64,000 nt of DNA from Vicugna vicugna (lineage: Eukaryota), in assembly GCA_013265495.1 (NCBI GenBank), contig MU058824.1, positions 1,949,111 to 2,013,110 on the forward strand, read 5' to 3'. The notes under the pieces are model-generated. The model had not been told where the DNA came from. It saw only the letters and a program-made list of their open reading frames with translations, and searched no databases. Below are positions 37,001 through 49,000 of this stretch, piece after piece; position 1 is the first letter of the stretch; each line of letters opens with the position of its first letter. The position numbers and the translations under genes were made by a program.

Positions 37001-40000
37001 CCTGGCGCTTACCCCGTAACACCTGATAAGATGGAGGAATGGCCTGTCTCCTGCCATTGCCAAGCCCACTCTCTTGGAGAGACTAGTCCTCCATGCCCTA
37101 CACCCCAAGTTGCTTAAGCAAAGCAAAATACAAGGTAAGGAATATGCAAAGCAAACAGGTATAAATGTATTCCATAAATATCTACTTTCTTTAGGTTTCT
37201 GCTTTCATGATGCTTATTTAAGTGGCTTCTTTTGTGGTTTTAAGTGGGAAGTTGGCTGACAGTATTCCAGCTGCTGTTGTGACTGAAAACGCTATTGCTT
37301 CTTAGGGACCTTTTATGTGAACTTGGCCAGTCCCTTCCCTTCTCGGCCTCAGCTGCCGCCTCCTCAAAATTGGGGAGCGATGCCTTCCCAGGGCCTATCT
37401 CACTGAGGACTCTGGAAACCCTGGGGTGACCACCACAAGTCAGGCGGGGAGACTGGCTCTGACCGTGGGCATAGCTAGCACCCAGGTCTTCCTGAGGCCA
37501 GGCGCACAGTGGAATGAAAATGCCGAGACCCACATCGGGCCACAGAATTGGCCATCTGTTTGCCCAACATCTGTTATCTTTTGGGTGACTGCACTCCCCA
37601 GTTTGTTGGGGTCAGTTATAGTTTACATCTGTGTCCCCCGCTTAATTACTAATCATGTCATGTCTTCAAGAGCAGGACTCTGAGTTTAGACCAATACATC
37701 AGTTCAAAAGGATTTGGGAACTGAGAGTTGACATGCCCGAAGGGATAGGGGAGGTGCTTTGGGCTGTTTGGCCAAAAGAAGAGTCTCCGGGCACAGGCTC
37801 ACTGTAAATCTCTGAGCAGATATGGTTTAGGTTCCCTCGAGGAGAGAGTTAGGACATGTATAGAAAGCCTAAGGGAGGAGGTTGCAGCTTCATCTAAGGA
37901 ATGGGTTTCTTTCTTTGAACCTTCTCCCCAACTTTTAAACTGTTTTGAAATAATTACAGATTCATAGACAGTTACAAAGGTAGTGCATGACCGTGGATGG
38001 ATGACAAGATTCTTTGCCCCTCCCCAGGCCGGTGGGTGGAGTTTCCCTGGTGCCTAGTTGAGGGGTAGAGCAGCTCTCTGTGAATCTGGTTTGATGCAGG
38101 TCAGGTGGCCCCCTTCCCACTCCCAGAGGGAATGAAGCCATGTGCCCGGGAGTCCTTTTAGATGACCAGGCGCCTGCGTGCTCTGGCTCTCACACACATC
38201 TCCACCCCTACCCTGCCTGGCTCACTCAGCTCAGCTCTGATGCCAAATTCCCTCTTTGTTTTTGGCCCCTGAAGATTTCCTTTCTACTGTTATTGTCTGT
38301 TTGATTGCGGGGTTTGGTTTTGTTTTGTTTTGTTTTCCAGCTTGGTCATATAAATTTAAAATTTGTCGTTGTATCAGCATTTCCATGTGTTTGAAGTAGC
38401 AAGGGGGATCTTCCGTGTCAGCTTCTTCTCCCTTATTGACCAAAACTATGTGTCATTTTACATACAGGGCGTTTTGTTGTTTAAGACCATAACCTTTCCC
38501 TAGGTCATTAAAAGTCTGTCATCAGTGTGAGTGTGAGAGGCTGTATATGCCATTGTATGGATCTACCATGATTCGTGAAGCCATTTTCCTAATGTTGAAC
38601 ATTTAGATCATTTCCAGTTTTTCACTCATGTGAAGCAACACTGCAGTGATATTTGGCACCTTGGTTTATTTCCTTTGGGACACACCTGTAGACTTGACTC
38701 ACCAGGCTCAACTGGCCCAGGTGTTGCCAGGGACTCCCGTGCATTCCACCCAGCTATGGCGGGCAGGGTTTGTGGCAGAGAGGTCTGGGCTAACAGTGCT
38801 GCTCCGTCCTTGCTTACCCAGAGGCAGTACTTGGGAAAAGGGCATCTGCCTGAAAATTAATCCATAAAACAGCTTGGTAAACAAATCGGAACCAATAAAG
38901 TTCATAATGATCCAGAGTCCACTGTTCAGAAGCCGATGACCAGGCCTAACTAACCACTCCTTTCCAGAGAGCAGTCAAGAAGGATTTGATCATTAATCCC
39001 CAGCTGACACCCATTCAGTGATTTTCTCTGACATCCTTGTTAATAAGCTGTTTGCTTCCCCACCATGGCTCCTCAGGGGGCTGATACATGCCAGGTGTAG
39101 GGAAAAAAAAATCAACATATGCTTGCCACCCTAACTTTTTATTTGGACTAGGATGGGATGACAGTATAGCAGAGTGGTGGTGGGAGGATATAGCTCATGC
39201 TTAGCATGCATGAGGTCCTGGGTTCAATCCCGTAGTACCTCCTCAAAGAATAAATAAATAAACCTAATTACCTCCCTCCACACACGCAAAAAAAGTTCAG
39301 ACAGTATAGCAGAATGATTATGTTCTTTCCAGTCTTCTGAATTATCCACAATGAGCTTTTGATACTTTTGTAAACAAACAAAAAGTATATAAATATTATA
39401 TGTGTATTTAACATTGGTTATTGTCCATTGAATCCAAACCATCCAGATCGGGATTTAGAATGGGCGTAGGCTGTCAGAGCTCAAGGGCCCTTGGAAATGG
39501 AGACACCCAGAAAGAGGAGATAACTTATCACTGGCCACGTAGGAAGGCAGAGGTGGACCTGGGGCCACAGCTGTATCCATCAAGGTCCACCCAGGAAAAC
39601 AGAAGCCACTCGGAGTCTTTTGGACAGAGGGGATAAATGCAGGGAGTGGTGACACAGCCGGGAAGAGGCAGAGAAGCCAGCCAGTGGGTGGCAAGGCAAT
39701 TAGCATCAGAGGAAGCACCTTCACTCCTGCGGGGACGGGACGAAGGAGGAGGTGGCATTAGCAGAGAGCAAGGTCAGGGCTACCTAAGCAGGAGTGGAAC
39801 CAGAGCGGGCTGGCCTGTGGGAACTGGAGGGTGGAGAGGGCTGAGGGATGCAGCCCTGGCCCTGGTGGGAGGGATGTCCTGGTGGGAGGGATACCCTAGT
39901 TGCCTTCTTCCCTTCACCCTTTGACCTCCCTCTAGTTCCTCCTGCCATTGACCAAACCCAGCCTGAAGGAGGATCCTGGTAATTCTGCCTGCGGGAGTCA

Positions 40001-43000
40001 GACCCTCAGGCAGAGCCAGGGAAGGACAGGAAATGGACCTGAGACACTTAGGCCTAGACTGACACCCCAGGGAGTGAAATACACAGCCTTGGTTCCTGGC
40101 TCTGTGCCTTTTCCTGTGACCCACCAGAGCTGTAGGGACTGAAACCCAGCCTGGGGTCGAGGGACCAGCAATGTGACATAAACCAGCCTTTGACAGAGTG
40201 GGAATGGGAAGACTAGGACTCAGCCAAGCCATACTGTCAACCTTGATGGTGCCACTGGTCCCCATCACCCCTGCTGAGCACGGCCACCCCTCTGGCTCCC
40301 CCTGCAGGCCGCTGCCTCGTATCAACTTCATGGGGACAGCAGGGCTAACATGGTCCGGCAGGACTGGAGAGGGAAGCTGCTTCCCTGGTGGGATGCCCGC
40401 CCCTGAACGGTGCCCACAGCAAGACTGTCCAAAGTCATACTGAGTTTTCAGCAAAACAGCTCTTTGCATTCCCCTCATAGGCTCCAGACAGGCTTCCAAG
40501 GGCCTGAGCAGGGATGGATTCATGTAACAGCCAGCCCTCCATATGCAAAATTCCTCATCTTCCCATGTGCAGGGCTTCATCGCTGATCAAGTTATTTTTT
40601 CTCCCACAGTCCTTAGACCGTCCTCGACTAGACTTTGCCAGGCCCTCACTCAGCCCCAGCCCTGCCCAGCAGGGTCCAAACCCTGGCCCAGTTCAACCTG
40701 GGATCCAGTTTCACTTTGAACCAATGTGGCCCAAACCAGACAGTGTACTTCCTTGTTTCACTGCCAGAATTCTCTCAATCTTTTTTTTTAATCATATTGC
40801 ATAATCAGCCTCATCTGCTTACACCGTAAGTTTTCAGGTGGCTGTTTCTATGCTGAGAGTTATGACAATGTGTAGTGTCACTAAGCTGATTTTGTATATT
40901 CTTTACAAAGTAGATCTGTGGAAACTGTTTGGAGCACAGCTTGGTCGGGAGGAGATGCTATTGGTTCCTATAGAAAGGTCCTCCGTTTACATACGTCACC
41001 TCCAAAATGTGTTGATAAATCAAGGGTTTAGAACACATATTCTTTCCTTCATTTAGTCATTCAACAAAGATATATTTGTGTCTGGGCTCACTGACCCATA
41101 GAAACCATGCTGTAAATGTAGACTAATTCCCAAGCTGGCCCAAGCCAATTTAATCTATATGGCACATGATGGTAATAAGCTAACCTCAGAGCCTGACCAC
41201 TGCCCAGAGCATTGTATAGTAAACACAGACTTTGGGAAACCATCCCCTCGATTCTGCCAACCCACACATTCCTGCCCTACTAAGAAGAGAACATGGGATC
41301 ACGGGGGTGCCTGCCCACCCGCCCAGGCACCAGGGGTCTTTCTACTGTGTGGGCTGTACAGACATTTGGGCTGAGGAAAGAGGCTGGCCTATTTTTTTTA
41401 ATGATTCTGTTTTATTTTTTAATCATACTAGTAATACAGGGACACATGCTTATTTTAAAAAATTTAAATAAATAGTATATTAGAATATAGTATAGAACTA
41501 TAGAAAGTACAAAGTGAGAGTCCCTTTTGACCATCTCTCCAATCCCACACCTCTTCCCAAACATGACTATCACTAACACATTTTAAATGAACTTGGAAAC
41601 ATGCATATATCCATATATGGATTTTATTCTGTTATCTTTTACATAATTGGGATCATCTTGCAGGTATTATTCTGCAATTTGCCCTTTTTCACATGGTTTC
41701 TTGGAGAGTTTTCTGCGACAGGACATAGAGGTCCACTACATTCTTTGTGTGTGTGTGTGTGTGTGTGTGGCAAAATACACACACAAATGGTAATAAAAGT
41801 TACTGTTTTAACCATTTTGAAGTGTGTAATTCAGTGGCATTAATTACATTCACAGTGTTGTACAACCATCACTGCTGTTTCCAAAACTTTTCCATTACCC
41901 CAAACATAAACTCTGTAATCATTAAGCAATTACTTCCCATTCCCCTCCCACCGGCCTCTGGTAACCTCTAATCTACTTCCCGTCTCTGTGAATTTCCCTG
42001 TTCTAGATATTTCGTATAAGTGGAAATCATACAATATTTGCCCTTCTGTGTCTGGCTTATTTAGCATTTTGTCATCAAGTTTTATCCATACTCATGTGTC
42101 AGAACACTGCATTCTTTTTAATCACTAAATATTATCTCATTCTATGAACGCAGCATAATTTGTACAATGAACATGTATATGTATACACTTTCCATATTGA
42201 AAATTTTGTCCAAATTTTCTCTACCACAACAATGCTATAGTGAGCATCTTGGTACACAAATCTTTGTGCACATGTGAAAACATTTTATAGGATCAATTCC
42301 TCCAAGAAGAATTGCTGCATCAGAGGATTTAAGCATTTAAAATTTTGATATTACATCGCCCTCTAAAAATGCAGTACTAATTGACACTACCACCCACATA
42401 CCTATTCCACATACCCTTACGGATTCTTGGTTTTATCCATCAGTTAAAATTCTTCCAGTCTGATGGCCAAAAATACATACATATATTTTTTCTGATTACA
42501 CTGCTCACTTCCTTGTTTTGGGGGAGGCTTAGCACCTCTTCATACGTCTATTGGCTCTTGTATATCTTTGGTCCATTTTTAAAGCGAATGATTTTTTTTT
42601 TTAAACTATGTTATGGATAGTAGACCTGTGTAATTTGTTACCTGTCATGTAGCTTTGTTTATAGTGTTTTCCATCTTGGGAAGAGTTTCTTTTTTTAGGT
42701 GATCAAACCTGCCATGTCTCCCTTTTTGCTGAGTTTTGGGGGCCTCCTACAGAGGTCTTCCCTTCCCCCAATTTTTTGAAATAAAATTGTTTTGTATTTC
42801 ATTCTAATAGGTTTATTATTTTTAATGTAAAGTGTTTTAGTCTATTTCAAAGTGTTTACCTTTTATTGTAGAAAACCTCAAGCATATACACGTGTTTTGA
42901 AGTAAATCCAACATACCATTTCACCTGTAAAACTCTCAGCATATTTTTTTTTTTGGTGACTACATATGTGCTTTATTAATATATTATGATGCTTTTAACC

Positions 43001-46000
43001 TATACAGTCCAATAGAAATAATATAATACTTCTATTAATGACATCATTTTCTCTTAGAAAACAATTGAATTAAATCCTGTATTACAAGGAAATGATATAA
43101 CTTTGAGAGAATTAGGTCATGTAAGAGAGTTGCCTCTTAATACACTGTAATTTGCAACCAATTTAGGATGTGTCAAGAGTCATATACTTCTCTGAAACTA
43201 TTCTGTCACGTAATGTTCATTTTTTTAATAGTCATACAGTATGTGATTTCATCATTCTAATCACAAATGCACATTATGAGTAGTCTTGGAGAAGGCTATT
43301 TCTTGCAATAGTATCAGATGCAATACTAAAGAAAATGGTTTATAATTTAGAAATAATATAGAATTTCAAGAAATCAATTTTCTGTTGATGTTTGAAATTT
43401 GTGTGCGTATTACAGTCAGCATGTGTTATGTATATTAAATAATCAAGTTTAGTTTAACAAATATAATGCATTTATCTTTATCTTTTAACAAATGCTTTAA
43501 AATTAAGTTTTACGGATAAGTTATAACAAAGAAAAACATTTCCTGCTTTTTATCAATAATTTACAATTCTTAATTAAGTTATATCTCTTTCAAATTGACA
43601 TCAAGTTAGATTCTTGTGTTTGGGCTATGAAATTTGCAACTTTGTCGAAAAGGTATCTGTTTAGTTAAATTTCTGCAGTTAAAGTCAAGAGCCATGACTT
43701 ACTTTGATGAGTAAATCTATTTAGTGAAAAATTATTTGAACAAAAAGAGTTTTTGGTCATGATGTTGTTTTCAGGCAATGATGAGAAATAGCATTTAATA
43801 TCTCATTGTGTTTTGATTTTCCTTTCTCTGATGATTAGTGATGTTGAGCATCTTTTCCTGTGTCTATTGACCATCTGTATGTCTTCTTTGGAAAAATATC
43901 TATTCAGGTCCTTCACCCATTTTTAAATTGGATTGTTTGTGTTTTGATATTGAGTTGTATAAATTATTTATTTATTTTGGATATTAAGCCTTTATTGGAC
44001 ATATCATTTGCAAATATTTTCCATTTGGTAAGTTGCCTTTTCATGATGTTGATGGTTTCCTTCACTTTTTAGTTTGATGTAGTTCCATTTTTTTATTTTT
44101 GCTTTTGTTTCTCTTGCCTGAGGAGACAGATCCAAAAAAAATATTGCTAAGACCAATGTCAAAGAGCATACTGCTTATATCTTCTAGGAGTTTTATAGTT
44201 TCAGGTCTTACATTTAAGTCTTTAATCTACTTGAGTTTATTTTTATTTATGCTGTAAGAAATTCGTCTAGATTCATTCTTTTGCATAAATCTGTCCAGTT
44301 TTCCCAACACCATTTATTGAAGAAACTGTCTTTTTCCCATTGTGTATTCTTCCTTCCTTTCTAGAGGAATTTTCATAAAATCTGAATCTGTACTACTGAC
44401 CTCAAACCTCTATTACCTATTCTTTCCATTTCTCACCCTAGAACATCTGCTCTCATTTTACCTTGCCTACTTGCATCACCACCAGGCATCTCTTTAAGGG
44501 CTTTTTTTTTTTTTACATTTTTTATTGATTCATAATCATTTTACAGTGTTGTGTCAAATTCCAGTGTTCAGCACAATTTTTCAGTCATTCATGGACATAT
44601 ACACACTCATTGTCACATTTTTTTCTCTGTGATTTATCATAACATTTTGTGTATATTTCCCTGTGCTATACAGTGCAATCTTGTCTATCTCTTCTACAAT
44701 TTTGAAATCCCAGTCTATCCCTTCCCATCCTCTACCCCCCACCGGTAACCACAAGTCTGTATTCTCTGTTCATGAGTCTATTTCTGTCCTGTATTTATGC
44801 TTTGTTTTTGTTTGTTTGTTTTTGTTTTTTAGATTCCACATATGAGCGATCTCATATGGTATTTTTCTTTCTCTTTCTGGCTTACTTCACTTAGAATGAC
44901 ATTCTCTAGGAGCATCCATGTTGCTGCAAATGGCATTATGTTGTCGGTTTTTATGGCTGAGTAGTATTCCATTGTATAAATATACCACATCTTCTTTATC
45001 CAGTCACCTGTTGATGGACATTTAGGTTGTTTCCATGTTTTGGCTATTGTAAATAGTGCTGCTATGAACATTGGGGTGCAGGTGTCATCCTGAAGTAGAT
45101 TTCCTTCTGGGTACAAGCCCAGGAGTGGGATTCCTGGGTCATATGGTAAGTCTATTCCTAGTCTTTTGAGGAATCTCCACACTGTTTTCCATAGTGGCTG
45201 CACCAAACTGCATTCCCACCAGCAGTGTAGGAGGGTTCCCCTTTCTCCACAGCCTCTCCAGCATTTGTCATTTTTGGATTTTTGAATGACGGCCATTCTG
45301 ACTGGTGTGAGGTGATACCTCATTGTAGTTTTGATTTGCATTTCTCTGATAATTAGTGATATTGAACATTTTTTCATGTGCTTTTTGATCATTTGTATGT
45401 CTTCCTTGGAGAATTGCTTGTTTAGGTCTTCTGCCCATTTTTGGATTGGGTTGTTTATTTTTTTCTTATTGAGTCGTATGAGCTGCTTATATATTTTGGA
45501 GATCAAGCCTTTGTCGGTTTCACTTGCAAAAATTTTCTCCCATTCCGTAGGTTTTCTTCTTGTTTTATTTCTGGTTTCCTTTGCTCTGCAGAAGCTTGTA
45601 AGTTTCATTAGGTCCCATTTGTTTATTCTTGCTTTTATTTCTTCTAGGAGAAAATTTTTGAAATGTATGTCAGATAATGTTTTGCCTATGTTTTCCTCTA
45701 GGAGGTTTATTGTATCTTGTCTTATGTTTAAGTCTTTAATCCATTTTGAGTTGATTTTTGTATATGGTGTAAGGGTGTGTTCTAGCTTCATTGTTTTACA
45801 TGCTGCTGTCCAGTTTTCCCAACACCATTTGCTGAAGAGACTGTCTTTATTCCATTGTATATTCTTGCCTCCTTTGTCGAAGATGAGTTGACCAAAAGTT
45901 TGTGGGTTCATTTCTGGGCTCTCTATTCTGTTCCATTGGTCTATATGTCTGTTTTGGTACCAATACCATGCTGTCTTGATGACTGTAGCTCTATAGTATT

Positions 46001-49000
46001 GTCTGAAGTCTGGGAGAGTTATTCCTCCAGCCTCTTTCTTTCTCTTCAGTAATGCTTTAGCAATTCTAGGTCTTTGATGGTTCCATATAAATTTTATTAT
46101 GATTTGTTCTAGTTCTGTGAAATATGTCCTGGGTAATTGGATAGGGATTGCATTAAATCTGTAGATTGCCTTGGGCAGTGTGACCATTTTAACAATATTG
46201 ATTCTTCCAATCCAAGAGCATGGAATATCTTTCCATTTTTTAAAGTCTTCTTTAATTTCCTTCATCAATGGTTTATAGTTTTCTGTGTATAATTCTTTCA
46301 CCTCCTTGGTTAGATTTATTCCCAGATATTTTATTACTTTGGGTGCTATTTTAAAGGGGATTGTTTCTTTACTTTCTTTTTCTGTTGATTTATCGTTAGT
46401 GTAAAGAAAGGCAACTGATTTTTGAACATTAATTTTGTAACCTGCTACCTTGCTGAATTCTTCGATCAGCTCTAGTAGCTTTTTTGTGGACCTTTTAGGG
46501 TTTTCTATATATAGTAACATGTCGTCAGCATATAATGACACTTTTACCTCTTCTTTTCCAATTTGGATCCCTTTTATTTCTTTCTCTTGCCTGATTGCTG
46601 TGGCTAGGACTTCCAGGACTATATTGAATAGGAGTGGTGATAGTGGGCATCCTTGTCTTGTCCCAGATTTTAGTGGGAAGCTTTTGAGTTTTTCACCGTT
46701 GAGAACTATGCTGGCTATAGGTTTGTCATATATAGCTTTTATTATGTTGAGATATGTTCCCTCTATACCCACTTTGGCGAGAGTTTTTATAATAAATGGG
46801 TGTTGAATTTTATCAAATGCTTTTTCTGCATCGAACTCTCAGCATATTATCTCTACAAAGACTCATCTTTTAAAATATATAGCCACAGTATCATCATCAC
46901 ACCTCTGAAAACTAACAGTGGTTCCTTAATATCGTCACAGATCCAATCCATGGTCGCATTTTCAATTGTCTTATAAATGTCACATTTTGTTTGAATTAGG
47001 AGTGAAATAAGGTTTTCAAAATGCAATCGGTTGATGTATTTTTTAAGCTGATGGTTAGCATGCTCCTCTGTCCACTTTGTGTTCTCTACATTGTATCTTT
47101 AAGGCTCCTTCAGATTCAGATTCACATTTTTCGCAAGACTACTTCATAAGTGGAGTCTGTATGACTTTATTTTTGTATACAGAAAAAGGTAAGGATATAA
47201 CTTAATTTTTTTCAAAAGATAAATTGCTGGGCCAATATCATTTATTGAATAGCATATAAATGCATATATTTATACACATATGTATATATATGTATTCTTT
47301 TCTAAACTATTCTGTGCTCTTGATCCTTTTGTCTATGCCTAAACCACGTGGTTTTCAATCCTGTAGCTTTACAGTCTGTTTTGATAGCTAATAAGGCAGT
47401 TCATCCTTTATTGATCTTTTTAAAGCAATTTTTGGCTTTTCTTGTGCTTATTCTCCCCATGATAATTTAAAATTTGTTTAATATATATATTAAGACTTTG
47501 ATTTCAGCTACATCCAATTTATAGGCTAACTTGGAGACAAATGGCATCTTTATATTAGTGAATCTTCCCAGCCTGGGATATGGTTTGTAATTCTATGAAT
47601 TCAGATTTTTTAATGTCTTTCAGTACAGTTTTATGCTTCTCTTTATCTAGGTCTTTACAGTTTTTGTTAGGTTTAGTTTTAGATACTTTGCAATTTTTTT
47701 CTACTGTTTATAAAAGGTTCTTTATTTCTCCATGCATTTTCTAATTGATTATAACCGGTACTTAGGAAAGTGTGAGTTTTTAGAGATTATCATAATTTTT
47801 AGAGGTTATCAAAATTTTTTTCATGTTGACCATTTTGGATTTCCTGGTTGGCAATCATATCATCTGCAACTGGTTTTCTTTTTAGGCTCATGCAGAGTCA
47901 AGTAAAACCTGGCTGACAGAGAAATTCACTGAACTCAGATTGCTGCTTGATGAAGAGGAAGCACTAGCCAAGAAATTCATTGATAAAAACACGCAGCTTG
48001 CGCTCCAGGTGTACAGGGAGCAGATCAAGTCTTGTGGGGAGCAAATCGATGTCACGGACAGCCTCTCCAGCAGGGTTTGGAGTATCAGCCAGGAGCCCAA
48101 TCCTATACAGCTGCTGCAGGTAATGTTGGGTTTCTGCCCTCACCCTGGCCACCGCCACCACATTTCATCCTGGTTACTATGACATTGAACACGGTATTTA
48201 CACTCTGAATAAATACGCAGAGAGTTGCCTTGACAGCATGTAGACTTCCTTGCCCCCCACACAAATGGTCATAAAATACGTATGAATAGGAAGGTAATAT
48301 ATATCTTGAACTCATTGAATAGCACTAACAGCCACCATTTTTGAGGGCCTCTGTGTTCCAAGTGCTTCATTTATCTTAGATCTAATATCTACTGGAGCTC
48401 TGCAAACTGGATATTCTCACCCCATTTTACTAATGAGAAATTGCAGCTCAGGGAGATGAAGTGACTCACCCAGGGTCATACAGCTGGTGGGGGGTAGATC
48501 GGGGCTCAGGTCTGTCTGACTGTAAGGCCACAAGGCATCACTGCCCAGTCCTCTACCTGTGCAGTCTTAATCGAAACATCACTTCTGAAAAGGCAGGTGT
48601 CCTTTCAAAAGCTACCAAGCAGACTTCAAGGGCTGAGTCACAGTTTGCTCAAAGAGGAGAGAAGGATGGTACTCTATTAGAGGTTGTTATCTTATCCTGA
48701 AGGAGAATCTAAAAACTAGCCCCTCTGATAGTCATTCCTACACCCTTAGTGAAAGCATGTTGTTGAAGGTGGTGTTTCTGTCTTGAAGGAACCATGAGAA
48801 CCTCCTCTCTCATGTCAATACTCCTGTGCAGTCACCTGTGCACTTGGATTGCTTTTCTCCTCATGTAACTCTTCCTGTTTCTTTCTTTGCCATGGTTTCT
48901 GGGAAGCTCAGAGCCAAATATATTTCAAATAGCTGGGATAAGACTTTGTGCCTCATCTCACCCTGGCTTCTAGCTTACATTCTTGACCTGGTTTTCCTTT

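Noticed and set aside
39780..40580. 266-aa minus-strand ORF in TRIM14 intron 2
   Set aside because: It has no recognisable homology, a non-ATG start, and sits in GC-rich sequence where long chance ORFs are expected.
43800..44360. Apparent tandem duplication of part of the young L1 (similar to ~45320-45870)
   Set aside because: It is far too diverged from the young copy, so it is an older L1 fragment carried in the transduced flank.
45331..46806. ORFs of 186, 65 and 118 aa on the + strand over the L1
   Set aside because: These are antisense shadows of L1 ORF2, a common artefact.
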